Shown: positions 24,979-38,790, numbered from the whole stretch's first letter. The stretch: DNA of 62,541 nucleotides, filler included, from Basidioascus undulatus (GCA_000826855.1; 4 parts of 4 records of this genome joined end to end with filler, not necessarily neighbours in it), one strand, 5' to 3'. Made by a program: numbers and translations. The notes: generated from the sequence alone by a model not told the origin.

Positions 24979-27900
24979 ATGTCGTTCCGGTCGAATCGCA
25001 GCTCTGGGAGGGGCAAGGGGAAGGAACCAGATGCGGAACATGTATACCAGTGCGTATAGTCCTCTCTGAGCGCCCGTATGACGTATTGAATTGCCCTCTT
25101 GCAGAGCCGCACTCCGAGTCGCGTACGTGGGCAGCAGCACGCCTCACGAGATCAGCACAGCATCAGCCCGCTCATCCTCTCTCTGTCCCATAGCTACCTC
25201 ACCTATCTCATGCGACCAAAACCTGCCGAACCCGCTCCAAATGCGGCGTCTACAGCCGCCGCCAACGGCAACGCCGCGTACACCCCCGGCCACCGGCACT
25301 CGACCTCCCGGCACCTCGCCTCGTCCTTCGCCAACTTCTCCATCATGGACGTGTTCAAGGACACGGTCGGACGCGACAGCAAGAGCGTCAAGTTCCCGGA
25401 GAAGATGGTCAAGGTGCTCGAGAAGAAGTGCGAGGCGGTAGCGATGGGGCGAGATGCCCAGTGAGTCCTGTTCATTAACATGGGGTATGGGACGAGGCGG
25501 GAGCGAAGGGCTGAAGGGTTGGAATGCGGGGCTCAACTGCAGCTTCACCGACCGCGACTTTCGAGCGATCGTCGCGCGCTACTACGGCAACTTTGCCAAG
25601 AACAAGTCGTCGTTCAAGGCGAACCGCAAGATCGAGGAGGTCGTCGTGTTCTTCGTCACCGACGCGTCCAACCACCTCCGCAAGACGTACCCGGAGGGCG
25701 ACGCGTGGAAGGCCAAGATCATCGAGCACGTCGGCTGGTTCATCAAGCTCATCCGCGACTGCCTTTCGGGCCTTTCGGCCAGCCAGGAGCTCCACGACCG
25801 CCTCCAGTCGTACTCGGCCAAGCTTGTTCCGCCCCCGATCGCGCTCTCGGACCCGGCACCCGCCAGCGGGGGAAGCCGCCCAACCACGCCCCAGCCAGGC
25901 GGCAGCAGCTCGAGGGTCGCGGATGGGGGCGTGGTGTCCGGCCTGAGCCAGAATGTCGCGGACATGGAGATGGTCAAGACGGTGGCGCGGCTGTTTGGCA
26001 AGGACGAGGCGACGCTGCAGGAGGACATCAACGCCCTCAAGCAGGTCTGCACGGAGAAGGTGTGTCGCTCTATCCTGGCTTGGTAGGAAGCTGGGAAACA
26101 TGCTGACAGGGCGGGCGCTGTAGGCTGCGATGACGGATATCAAGGTGGGATGGTTTGAAAGCTTGGCGGCGGGCGCAGTCGCTGATCCCAGAATCCTCAC
26201 ATAGACCTGCCTCCGCAACATCCACGCTCAAGAGCCCTTCCCCGGTCGGCGAGAAGACTTCGACAGCGAGGCAGCGTACGAGCACTGGCGCAAGGTCGAA
26301 TTGGAGACGCTGACGCAGCTCATGAGTAAGTCATGCTGCCTTGGTCGGAGGATGCTGGAAGAGAGACTGAGCCCGGTGGAACTTTCGGCAGAGGCCATGG
26401 TTATTCTCAACCCTGCCCTCGCCAAGTCGACGCCCGGCGAAGCTCTCCCCTCTCTCCTCTCCTCGACGTCTCCTCGCCCCGCATCGACCTCTCTCTCCAG
26501 CACCGACGACGACTTTGTCCAGGTTGGCTCGCCCGTCGAGCGGCACACCTCGGTCAAGTCGATCTCCTCGCGCTTCTCGCTCAACTTCGAGGCCGTCTCG
26601 AACGCGGTCGTGCAGTCGGCGGAGGACGACGGCGAGGAGCCCGCGAACACGCCATTCGTGTTCATCCCGACGAACCCGAAGGCGTTCTACCGCGTCCTGC
26701 TCCTGCGCTGCATAGAGTACGACCTCGAGGCGATGCAGGACCTGTCGGAGGAGGACGAAGTCTCGCTCGGCATCCTCTCGAACCTGCACCTCGAGCTCCT
26801 CGCCGAGTGCACCGTCCGCTGGCGCATCCACGCGCCGCACAAGGCCGCCGCGTTCTTCCGCGAGCTCGTCGACCGCTACGAGCAGGACCACGTCCCCGTC
26901 GAGTGCATCATGGACGCACTGCGCGTCACGCAGAAGATCTTTGCGGAGTGGCCCATAGACGACTGGACCATCTCAGATGTATGCCTTCAAAACGTTCACA
27001 GTTCCCACGCGACCGGCAGCTGACATTCCCTTGGACACAGCGCGACCTCCTCCTCCAATCGCACGCCGACCTCTTCAGCATCGTCTTCAGCCGGCTCACC
27101 GCGCACGCGGCCGACATCAACCGCGCGGACCCGACGAGCTTCTACGGCGACTCGGACGTCCTCCCGCTCCTGCACGAGACGGGCTTCCTCGACACGCTCG
27201 ACGTCGACATCCAGGCGAGCCTCGACGAGATCGCTGAGCAGATCCGCGTCGCCGCCATGGACAGCTTCACGCGCGAGGCGCGCCAGGTCTACGCCAAGGG
27301 CCTGCCCTCGCCGATGGACCCGCTGTTCGAGCTGTCGAAGTGGGTCAACAAGGTCGCGAAGGATCTCAATAAGCGGTACCCGGGGCCGATCCTCGAGTAC
27401 GTTTAGTCTTGTGCACATCAGTGGGCGAGCGGGAGGCCGACTGACAGCATATTGCTTGCGAAGGGCCATCGACGTCGTCCCACTCGTCCTCGAGAAGATC
27501 GTGCCCATGTTCGTCGCGGAGGTGCAGGAGGTCTCGCCGACGCTCGAGAGCGAGCTCAATGCCCACCCGAACGAGTTCCCGATCATCGACGCGTTCGATC
27601 TGTTCGACAAGATCCGCAGCGTCATCAACCTGTTCCGTCAGGCGTGTCCCGAGTGCGTCGCTCGTGGATCATCGCTGCCCTCCGTTTGAAGACTAACATG
27701 CCCTTGCGCTCCAAAGCGTCGCCCTCTTCTTCGATCTTGCTGAAGCTTTTGAGCCCTACGTTCGGCACTACATCGAGCAGGCCGGGCGGAAAACGGAGCA
27801 GTGGGTTCGCGGAGTGCGTGGGCTTTATAACTGGGACTCTGCGGCGCATGCTGATTGGGATGTCTTCAACAGGCCATTGAGGCGGATACGGTTCGTAGCC

Positions 27901-30352
27901 CCCTCCCCATCTCAGTTGTCGGTCATATCTCTGACCGGTATATTCGCTGCAGTTCGAGCTCGAGGAGGACAACATGGAGGGCCACAGCTCGTCTATCGTC
28001 GACCTCTTCAGCTCGCTGCGGTCGAGCTTCGAAGCTGTCAAGCGGCTGCGGTGGCCAGACGAGTACCAGCACGCCAAGTTCATGACGGCGATGTCGAAGG
28101 TATCATGCCGTGCCGGTTGCGGTGACGGACGACTTTGCTGAGTCGCTTGTGTCTGCAGACCATCAGCAACGCCATGGACCAGTACAGCCGAGCGCTGCTC
28201 GACATGTTCATGTCCGAGATGTTCCCGCATGTGCCCGAGGAGCCGCAAGCTCAGGGGCAGGCGGCGTGGATGACCAAGGCGCAGAGCCTCATGGCGGGCG
28301 AGAAGAAGGCGGAGCCGTTCCACTTCGACGCGAAGGTGCGCCCGAAGACAGACAGAGGTCTTCTCCGTTGGCGCTGAAGTCAATCCCCTGGTCCCTGCAG
28401 TCCTGCGTCAAGCTCAACAACATCGAGGCGGCGCGCAAGCTGCTTGACAACCTCTACTCGGCCATGGACGCGGACGAGGTCGCGAGCGTCATGCAGGAGC
28501 GCGCGTCGCTGCGCTCGAACGACCGACAACGATACCTCTTCTCGATCAAGATTGTCCTCGCCGAGAACCTCTTCGCGCGTGACAACAGTGGCGCACGCCT
28601 CGACCCGTTCGTCACGATCGCAAACCAGCGCGGCGAGCGCTTATACAAGACGCGCACGATCTACGGCACGAACAACCCGCGATGTGCGTATTGCCGACGC
28701 TTTTCTGCTGAGGTATTCTTCTGACGCGGGTTGTGCGCGGCTAGGGGAGGAGGCGGTCGACATCTCGGTGGACTCCGCGCTCTGGATAGGCGCGACGATC
28801 TGGGACCGGAGCGTCGTTGGCGAGCACAAGCTCGTTGGGCGAACGTACCTCAAGCTCGACCCACCGAAGTACGAGGATTGCCTCCCGCAAGATCGCTGGC
28901 TCCGGCTCGACTCGAACCAGGGCGGCATTCTCCTCCGTGTCTCCATGGAGGGCGAGAAGGACGACATCCAGTTCTACTTTGGCCGCGCCAACATCTCGCT
29001 CAAACGCGCCGAGTCGGACATGGTGCGGACGATCGTCGACAAGGTGAGTCTTGTTCTGGGTTTGCAAGCGACGGACGGGTACTGACGCGATTGTCGGCAC
29101 CAGATGTCCGAGTTCATCCACCAATGTCTCTCGCGCCCGGTGCTTCGATCGCTCCGCAAGGGCGGCGGCTACTCGGTTCAAGTGACCAAGACGCTCGACA
29201 ACCTGACCGGGAACCTGAAGTCGTGGCGCATCGGCGGAGGAGGGACGTCCGAGATCCCGCTCCCGAAGGACGAGCTGCCCCCGCCCCCGCCGAAGCAGAA
29301 GCCGGCCGACCTGCTCACCGACCAGGAGATCGAGGAGGCCATCGGACCGCTCTTCGACTATTTCGACGCCAACTTCGCGACGCTCGCATCGACGCTCACG
29401 GAGAGCGCGAAGCTCATGGTCATGACCAAGGTCTGGAAGGAGGTCCTCCTCACCATCGAGTCCTTGCTCGTCCCGCCCCTTACCGGCGGCAAGACCGACA
29501 TGACGCCGCTGGCGGACAAAGAGGTCGACATCGTGTTCAAATGTACGTTGCCTCGCTCTACCCACCGCAGTCAACTCGAGCTGATTTGAGATCTTTCTCT
29601 CGCAGGGCTCACTGTTCGTATCTGTTAAGTTTCGACACCTTTGACTTGTCCACTAACTCTATCTCCCGCAGTCCCTCCGCTCGTTCTTCAACGCGGACGG
29701 CAGCGGCGTCCCGCTCGAAGCGCTCCAGAATCAGAAGTACCACGAGATTCTTTCGATCCGGTTGTACTACGACTGGCCGACGTGCGTGCCCCTCTTCTAA
29801 TCTCGGACAGGTAGCGGAAGGGCAGGCTGACCTTTCCGCGCCGCCAGCGATCCTCTCATGGAGGAGTGCGTCAAGATGATGCAGACCAGCCTCCGCAAGG
29901 CGCCTACGCTGCGGAAGCGCACCAAGACCGTCAAGGCGCACCGCAACATCGGCACTATCAAGGACCGCAAGCGGGAAAAGCGCCAGCGGCTAGATCCCGA
30001 GTCGGAGCATGGCGAGATCATCTTGCGCATTCTGCGCATGCGGTGCATCGCATTTTCGCCTTTTGTTCAGTATTTCCCAGCCTTGGTCTGATGCTGTTTG
30101 CGCTGCAGGTCCGGAACGAAGGACTTCGTCGCGGGGCAACTTCAGGTATCTACTCCTCGTCGCTTCGGTTCACTCAAGTCTTCGGTCGGGTCCCTGACCT
30201 TGCGCCGTTTCCATAAGATGCGTGAGCGGATCGAGGAGGCGCGACTCAACGCCGCCGCGCCGTCGTCCAGCAGGGGTCAACGCCGCGACGACGCGCGAAC
30301 AAGCCAACCGCCACCGCCGCTGCCATCCGTGCCAGATCAGTACCGGTCCTAA
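24979..30352 (+). CDS. Munc13-homology (MUN/MHD) and C2-domain protein, fungal Ync13/YOR296W-like
   Basis: MSFRS..VYQAALRVAYLTYLMRP start; HSSSIVDLF, CVKLNNIEAAR, C2 domain FSIKIVLAENL..LDPFVTI..KTRTIYGTNNPR, MEGEKDDIQFYFGRA, PLFDYFDANF and EIILRILRM. About 20 canonical introns. Confidence 0.85.
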
Positions 30353-30535
30353 TGATTCGACTCTCCATTGTTTGGTTTTCCTTCTTGGCTCGGACTTTCG
30401 CTATTCATAATCCTCCGTCGATATTTCCCTGGCTATACTTGCGCCGTGCCTACGAAGCGTCTCTGCATCATACCCCTTCCGTTTCAATGCCCCATCCCCC
30501 TCTTTACTGTAGTCCTAGTTCGTTGCGTATCGTCT

Positions 30536-30635
30536 NNNNNNNNNNNNNNNNNNNNNNNNNNNNNNNNNNNNNNNNNNNNTTAATTAATTAANNNNNNNNN
30601 NNNNNNNNNNNNNNNNNNNNNNNNNNNNNNNNNNN
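30536..30635. other. Artificial contig linker (N44-TTAATTAATTAA-N44)
   Basis: Exactly 100 nt with a palindromic six-frame-stop 12-mer at 30580-30591. Confidence 0.97.
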
Positions 30636-31671
30636 TGCAGTCGCTATTTTGCCGAATGTAGTGGAAAGAGATGAAGGCGGAGAGGCACAGGCAAGTCAAC
30701 TTGGAGGACTTGGTCAGCTTCCGCCGGAGGAGGAGCTCCCGCTGCAGCGCACGGTCTGCAGCGGCTTGCTCGCTGTCGTCGTCGTCCCATTTCGAGCGCT
30801 TGGCCGGGCGGGCGGGGGCGGAGACTGTAGGAGTGCGGAGGAGGGGTTGGGAGATCGCGGAGAGGGAAAGGAAGGGAGAGGAGTCGTACTGGAGCTGGAG
30901 GATGGGGGAGACATGGCGGTAGAAGGAGAGGGTCCGAGGGGGGTTTCTGATGAATTTCTGGAGAGAATGAGGCGTGGGGGATGAGGAGAAGCTTCGGGTG
31001 GTGAAGGCATGGGAGCAGCCCAGTGAGCGGACGCGCCCCGCCAGTCCCGCGCAGCGCTCGCTGCACATTGCTTTCATTCGCTTTCACTCGCACACTCGCG
31101 TCCTCTGAACGATTGAATCAAAAGAATCTCTATGGCAGACAATAAAGCCCCTTTCCCTTTCCAGCCTCTAAAGCGCCTTCCTCAGAGCGCTCCCCGCCTT
31201 CTGGACCTTCAACCCCTCCCTTTTCAACGCGACCTTCCTCGCAGCCCTGCCCGCCCGCTCTGCGAGCCTCGTATCCTGCGCTGGAATCGCTCCTCACCTG
31301 CATCAGCGACTTCCAAAAGCGGAGACCCAGATCCGAGCGACTCACCCCCCCTTGCCAACCGAATCCACAGCCTCTCTCGCTCAATCTCGAGATACATGCG
31401 CGCCCGCGCCCGCCGGATCGCGTCCAGCTCCGCCTGCGTGGGGGGCGCGAAATCCGGCAGCTCAACCGACGAAGGTGGATATCAGGTCGTCCTCCCAGGA
31501 GGAGGAGGTGCTGGATCCGAGGGACGAGGAGGAGGAGGCGCTGTCTGAAGTGGGGAGGGAAGGGACGCCCGGTGGGAGCGGGAAGATCGAGGAGAGCGAG
31601 GCGGCGGCGTAGTCGTCCGTGGTGGGGGAAGGAGGGAAGAATGGAGGAGGAGCGAGGAGCGGGGAGGACAT
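30636..31671 (-). pseudogene. Degenerate hypothetical gene(s)
   Basis: Coding-like blocks (MSSPLLAPPP..WEDDL / YPPSSVELPDFAPPTQAELDAIRRAR / RKAL*RLERE; PAKRSKWDDDDSEQ) in different frames, with an internal TAG. Confidence 0.4.
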
Positions 31672-34600
31672 CGCTGAGGTTTGTTGAGAGTAAGGCTGTA
31701 GGAGGAATAGGAAGTGGCGTGATACGGTTGGGAGTGTGCGAGATGCGAGGGGCTTTATGCATATTAATGAGGAGACCGGGTTGGTCAAGATGAGCTGTGT
31801 TTTGCGTACGCCGGAAGAGCTGGGAGAGTATGGGATGCGATATGCTCTGCGTGCAGGCCAGCAGTTTGTGGGCGGGACGCAGTCTGGATGGCTACCTCGC
31901 GTTTGCGGAAAGATGCAGTCTGGTTGTGAAAGGACGGAGTACGCTCGTGCTTTGGGCTGACTGCCAACCTAATGAAAATATTGGACTAGGTTGTTTTCGT
32001 TGTAATGGGTACTGTATTGCGCTGCCCACGAGTTGACTGGGGAAGACCAACATGGCTGGCGACGATTGCACGCAGTGGAAGGATTTCATCGCAACAGCCT
32101 GCATGTCTCCGAAGATACACCGTTAACCCCAATACTACCCACTGTTTGGGACAGCTTTCATGGGCCGCACAAACCTGCGTATGATCTGCCTGCAGGCAGG
32201 CGGATCATGCAGGACGCCGCACGGCGTCCTCTCTCGGTTCGAGCCATCAAGCGGGCTGGCTTTGAAACCGCCTCGCAGCCTTAATGAAATGGAAAATAAT
32301 CTAATTTCAGAAGAACAGTCCAAAACGCTAAAATTTTAAGAACATCCTCCAAGGGCGCCCAGCAAGACCAGTCGTAGTTTAGGAGAAAGAAGCCGACATT
32401 GTGTGGATGTGGCAGAGCCCGCAGACGGGGGAGCTCAAGGAATGAATGTTATTTATCCGCGCCAGACATCAGTACAGTTTGACAGGGCGGTATGCGGGCC
32501 TGACGGGCCTGACGAGAGGGGTTGGGTTGCGCGCCGCGCGGGAGGGCGTGGGACTCATATCCTTTCAGATTTCACCGTGAGCAGAAGTAGGAAAAGGCCG
32601 AGAGACGAGAAACATACCTCTTCTTAGATTTTGTAGCAGTTTGGGAATGGTGAGGGCAGGCTTGGGGTGTGCGGCGTAAGTCGACAGCCGGGATGTGCGA
32701 CCGAGAACGCCTGGAGCTGATGCCGTTGGATGGAGAGAAGATCCGAGGACTGATTGAAGGGTGACGTTCATCTAAAAAATCAAGTGAAAGATTAATTTTG
32801 GAACATAGGGAGCTCTAAAGTGGGATGAAGCAACGATGAGGGGCAGCACATGTCCGACCAGCAGCCTCACAGGGTGTGCGGGCATAGAGCGTAGAACGCG
32901 CTGACCTCTTCGCTGGCCGGAAGACACAACCACTGACTAAGCAATATGTGTGGGAAAGATCTATCTATTCTAAAGTATGTCCAAGCCAGGCCCTTGATAG
33001 TTGCAGCGATGACCCGTTGACTGTTGGCCTTCCCCGATGCATCGGGAGCTTGGGGTAAGAAATATCTAACCAATGTATAAGGTTTTTCTGGCTCCATAAG
33101 TGTCCTTTGGAGTCCATTTTTACCTACTCAATTCTTGTTAGAACCCTCGAGCATCGATAGTTTGGCTGTGAAGGGGCTCAGTGAGGACAGACAAGCTGGT
33201 CTAGTCCGTCTGCGTGTGGTTCATTCCCATCTGGCACACGATGAAAATAGAAGGTCTACGACTATTCGTGTAACTCAACTCTATAGACGTACACAATGTC
33301 CCCATCTACACCAACTTGTTCGCCTAACCCGCCCAAAGCTCAAGGTCGTCGCATCCGATGTTGCTCGCAATCGCTGCGTGTCTGGCAAAAGGTTTTACCA
33401 GATGTTCTCCAACTGCCAGCCCAAGCTCGTCTCCTAAACGCTGTGCGGCGTCGCCCGACCCACTGGCCGTACCTTGACTTGGAGATCTTTTCCTTTGCCC
33501 TGTACTCGCGACAATCCCGACTACCACGTGGGCACTGACGCTCATTCAGCCTATGACCCTAATGATGCACAATAAGGGGGTGTGGGGTTTGAGCCCGATG
33601 TTCCGTGGGGTACGACGATCTTCAAGGATGAGAAGGAGAAGGGAAGAGAAAAATCGGCGGGTGTAAGGATCCCGGAGGAGTAGGCAAAGAGATAGATGGC
33701 ATAGAACCGGGATGGCCGTTTCAGATTAACCACTAGTACATGCCAATAGCGCTGTTCACAACCAAGCCATTGGTTTACCGGACGCTTGTTGGCAATGTCG
33801 GCCTTGACGTATTGGATGTTGATTGGGTCACAGCAACCACCTGCTGTGTAGTCCTGTTGGGCCTTTGCCCATTTGTTGAAAAAAAATTTCAGTTTTACTT
33901 GCGAACAGCTGTCTCAAAGCTGCCTAGTGTAGGAATACTCTCGATCATTGTTGTTTTGGAGTTGATACTTACGCTGGGGGCCGACAGGCTGTCCATGAGC
34001 CGGGTCCCTTTTCCGCGAATCAATCCGATACTCACTGAAATGATCAGCGGTGAGTTTGTTCTCCGCCCAAGTCTTCATGAAATGACTTCAATGGGCATGA
34101 CGAGCTCGAAAGTGTGGTTCTGAGGCGTAAGCGAGGTTTTCTGGGTAATTCAAGAGTCTGGCAGTAAGGTCGATGCAACACCAGCTGAGTGAAGGAAGTG
34201 AGAGCGAAGGTGCGTTAATAGCGAGAGCAATTTGAAAGACGGGAACGCAACACGGACCACGGTTGCTTTCAAACCGTAAGATCAGAAAGATCAGCCCTGC
34301 TATCCAACGGTAACTTTGGATACCCAGATATGTGAACTTTCGACATAACACGACCAGGCTGCGCTTCACGCTCCGCCGTCGGCGCTGGGCTGTGCCACGA
34401 AGCTTCTCAGTCCCCCCAGCCAATTCAATTCAAGGGCAACATGACAAGAGTAACACATTTTATTACAACATCATGCTTTCTACACCACCAATGTAGACAC
34501 CAAGCGTCGCAGCAGGCCCGAAGTCGCGTGAAAATGTGCATGGCCTTGTCTTATGGAGTGCTGACATCTTGAGCACGTCTAAACAAACATTTACCTAGTT

Positions 34601-34869
34601 CATATACTCTGAGACTCGTGGTATGGAGATTCCTGGCGGATGGAGGGGTGGAACTTCTGGAGCGTGCACAAGCCGGTCATGCCGCGAAGCCGCTTACACG
34701 AGGCGGCTTGAAGCGAGTCAGAAGCCTGCGTCGTTACTTGCTTCCGTTCCTCCTCCTTCTTTGCCTCTCACCGCTTACTGACCGCTCGCTCACCTCCCAC
34801 TCACTTGTTAACGTTCCAAAATAACTTTCAAACCACTCTTTGATCGCACGCCTCACGCCTATACTCTTC

Positions 34870-36551
34870 ATGTCAAACTCTCACTCTCATGACCGCCGTA
34901 CCGACCGCGACAAGGTCACTGACCCTCGCTCCAATCATCGCTCGTCTCATAACCATCGAGACGACTCCTATGCTTCTTCAAGGGACGAACACCGACGTCG
35001 CGACTCACGATCGGACGAGAACAACGGCTGCAGGCGTCATTCGCCCCCGCGCAAACATGAGCATGGGCGTGACCGTGATCGCGAGCGCCACCGCGACGAG
35101 TGCCGCTACGCGTCTTCCTCGAGTCGTCGCGACTACGATTACGACAATCAGCACTACCACTACGGGCGTACACAATCTCCTCCGCCCCGGAGTCATCGCG
35201 ATGTGCTTCCGCACGAGGGCGAGTGCGGGACGAAGCGGCGCTCTCCACCCACCCCGCCCGCGCCCATCTCTCCACCCAACAAGCAGCGTCCTTTGTCCCC
35301 TCGTCCGCCTAGCCCAGGCAGTCCCTCTTCCGCCACCGCCTCTGCCGTTATCCGCTCCGCCTCCATCCCAATATCATCCTCATCCAAGCACGCTGCGCCG
35401 CTGCCTGCGCACACGATCGACCCTACCCTCCTCCCGGCCCTCCCCGAGCTGCCCGTCAATCCTGAATTTCCGCCCGACTACCCGCCGCTTCTTCCTCCCC
35501 TCGACGAGCAGTCGCTTCAGGAAGTCTTCACGCACCGGACGTTCGGCTCGCGCGAGTCGACTGGCTTCAAGGACCCTGAGGTGCGCATGACTCTTCAACG
35601 CTGGCGAAGTGGGCATTTTCTAACCTGCCGTGCACGCAGGGTAAACCTTCATTCAACAACGAGCGCCTCGAGATCCTCGGGGACGCGGTCCTCGGCACCG
35701 CCGTAATCGACATGATCATCTGCACGTGGCCGGCGCTGCGCGAGGGCGCCATAACCGTGCATCTTCCACCTCTTGGGCGCTCGTCCACTTTCGCTGATAT
35801 TCCAGGGCGACATACGAACAGAACCTCCGCGACCGCCTAGTTTGCACTGCGACGCTCTCGCACATCTCGACGATGTACGAGCTCCCTTCGCGTCTGTTCG
35901 TCGGCGCGAGCGGGGCGATCTCCTTGCGCCAGTCCGCCAAAGTTCGCGCAGACACGCTCGAAGCGTTCGTCCCGCGACCCTTCCACACACTCCCACTTCC
36001 TTACCACCACCTCCTCCCTCCGCCTGACCTGTTCGTGTTCTCCCCTCCACAGATACATCGGCGCCGTTTACCGCGCAGCCATGCCCCTGGGTTCCATTGC
36101 CGCCGTGCGCGAATGGCTCGACCCGCTTCTCCTCCCCTACGCATCTGCCTACCTCGCCAAGATGGAGGAAGAGGCCGCGAGCAAGTCGTCCGCGACGGGC
36201 GGGGGGTGGGTGGAGGTCGTGAACGCGCTGTACCGCGATCAGGGGAAGACGGTCACGTATGAGTTTGGGGATGAGACGCATGAAGGTGCGTCGGAGATCA
36301 ATGTGGTATGAGGGAGGGGCAGCGAATGCTGACGGGGATGCGGGATAGGGTTGGCCAATCTCGTTATCTGGCGTGGCAGGATGCTCGTGGATGGGAGGGT
36401 CGTTGCGGAGGGAGAGGGCGGGAGCAAGAAGAAGGCTAAAGCGATGATGGCCGAGATTGTTGCGCGGAATGTAGGGCTGCTCGACAACGCGGTAGGTCCT
36501 CAGCTTCGTTTACTGGGGTTGTTTTCTGGCACGTTTGTCGAGGAGCGGTAG
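34870..36551 (+). CDS. Ribonuclease III (Rnt1/Pac1-like) with C-terminal dsRBD and long R/D/H/S- and Pro-rich N-terminus
   Basis: QEVFTHR, NNERLEILGDAVL, RADTLEAYIGA and dsRBD-like VAEGEGGSKKKAKAMMAE. Four introns splice in frame. Confidence 0.88.
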
Positions 36552-37317
36552 CTGAATGTCGTTTTCGTCCCAATACAGTAGGGCACCCCCAGACCCCCAC
36601 CCTCATTGCGCGGCACATCCCAGCCCCTCAGCGAGCCTTCCAGCCAGGAGGTCATCACGCTCGAGATCCCGCCGTCCATGCGGGCATAGCCGCCCGCCCG
36701 CCGACACACTACTTGCATCGGTGTCGTCCGGGCCGCACTTCCTTTCAGGACATTTCACTGCGTCTATGTCTGTCGTGTTTGGGCGACGTATGTTGTATTT
36801 TTTTCGTAACTTGAGTTTGAGAGTCGCGTGTTGCGATACGCCCTCAGGGACGGCTCGAGGATTCGGGTTCGAGATCCATGCACTTGCTTGATACTATGTT
36901 TGTTGAGATTTGATTGTGGAATATCTCAAAGGCCTGAGTATAAGTCCACACGGAGTACGATTGCGGCACTCGTTGTGAGGCTGTCGCCTCGGGGCGACCC
37001 GATCAGGGCTTTCAGGGAGATATCTTCGCCCGAGCTTCAGGGATTACAGGAATAGCGGGTGCGTTCAATCAAATCACCGTGGCCATATCGTTTACATATC
37101 TCTACATTCGAGCTCGGTAGATAGCGGCCTTGATGAAGGTGCGGCCTGGCTCGGGGCATGGCGGTGAGGAAGCAACACAAAGCGGCGCAGCGCTGGATAC
37201 TGCCGGTATAGTCTTCACACTCGCTAGGCACTCCATTCAGTCACTACATGTTGAAAGCCGTCATACATATACATATGCTGCTTCAAAGCCCAAAGCCCCC
37301 GCGCGCCCGCACCACTC

Positions 37318-38790
37318 CTACGGCCGATGCTGCTTGCACCACTGCGAGGGCAAGGGAACGTCAACAACTGGCGTGCTCCGAATACTGAGGCACAGACACC
37401 TACTTCCCTGTGCTCCGGGCAGTCCTTCTTCTGATGAGCAGGTCCGCAGTACTCCGCCCTGTTGCATGCTTGGCACATCGACCGGCACGCAATTGCGCAG
37501 ACCTCGCAGGCACCACCCAACTCGCAAAACCTCAATAGTCTTGCAGCGCGATTCCAAGTCGTCTTCCTCAGTGGGGGGAAGATCAAGATCTTCTGTCCGG
37601 AGCTCCTCTAGTGCAAGTTTCAGGCTTTGCATGCGCGATGCATGAGGCTCCCCGCGCCGGCAAGACGCGAAAAGCAGGCGCGTGATGGGATCGAGAGCGA
37701 GAGAGGGCGGCTTTGTCTAATGATCGAGATTAAACTGCAGCAAGGTTACAGAGATCCTCGTTGTAAGCACTTTTACTGCCGCCCTGGAAACTATGCGCAC
37801 CTCGCCAGAGCGAACAGGAGAGGTGCTGCTATCCTCGAGCGAGTACAACGGCTGGGAGGCTTCACTACGCTCGATCAGTGTGACTCTGCAAGTCACCTTG
37901 TCGATAAGGATCAAAACGCTTAGTTGAATTAAGGATCAAAACGCTTAGTTGAATCTCCACCGTATTCCATTCGAAAGTGTGATCGAGGTCTTGTTCGTGT
38001 AGAGGCATGAGCCGGCCGAACAGCGCCCGCGCACCGTGAATCTGATCTTCGACGTACTGAGACCCTGATTCCGGAAGGAGCAAGAATGGCAGACAGGACG
38101 GTTGACATCGGTGTCCCTCGAAGTGAACGCTGCGTGCAGGTCTGGAATCAGGGAAGGAGTGCAGCAATTGCACACGAACGTTCCGCGACGAGCTTGCACG
38201 ATCAGGACGGATCCGGTGGCCATGACGTCCTGTACACAGAATCCTGCTCCAGGAGTGGACGACTCCATGATACCAATCCAGCAGGTCGAGATCGGATCGT
38301 AGTCCGTCACGTCGAGTCGGGTTTGCCCATCGAGGTCGGTGACGAGCCTAGAGTCTTCGCTTTGAGTCCGCCCTCACGATGGGCATGACAGGTACGAGCA
38401 AGTGTTCGGTGTAAAGAGTCAGACGGACGAGCTGTAGGGTGCCTAGGCTGGGTAAAATTGACGGAGCAGCAGGCCCACAGAGGCGAGCGTGGTTGGTGAC
38501 AAAGCCGGAGAGGGCCAACGGCGAAGCAGTGAGCCGGCTTGAGCCGGCGAGCCGCAAAAGCGGAATCCGATCAATCAATTGCACCGACAAAGAAAAGCTC
38601 CGACAGTGCTTCCAACACCCTCACAAGCGGAATCATGTCTTGAAGAATCGCCGTCGCCACTGCCTTCGGAGTTGGCCCAGCGGGTAAAGACTAGGGCAGT
38701 GGCCAGTGGCGACCAAAGAGAATCTGGGTAAGCCTTGAACTCGACGTCGACCACATGCAAGGAATCATGTTGGGCATCGTTTGTGCTTCG
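37318..38790 (-). pseudogene. Relic gene ending in a MYND-type zinc finger
   Basis: CEVC..CQAC..AEYCGPAHQKKDCPEHRE|WCKQHRP*. Frame change near 37525; upstream frames are broken by stops and a 25-bp duplication. 5' boundary approximate. Confidence 0.55.
37905..37954. repeat. Perfect 25-bp tandem duplication
   Basis: TAAGGATCAAAACGCTTAGTTGAAT twice (37905-37929, 37930-37954). Confidence 0.95.

Noticed and set aside
30580..30591. TTAATTAATTAA as a piggyBac TTAA site or biological repeat
   Set aside because: It is always centred in exactly 88 N: an assembly spacer.
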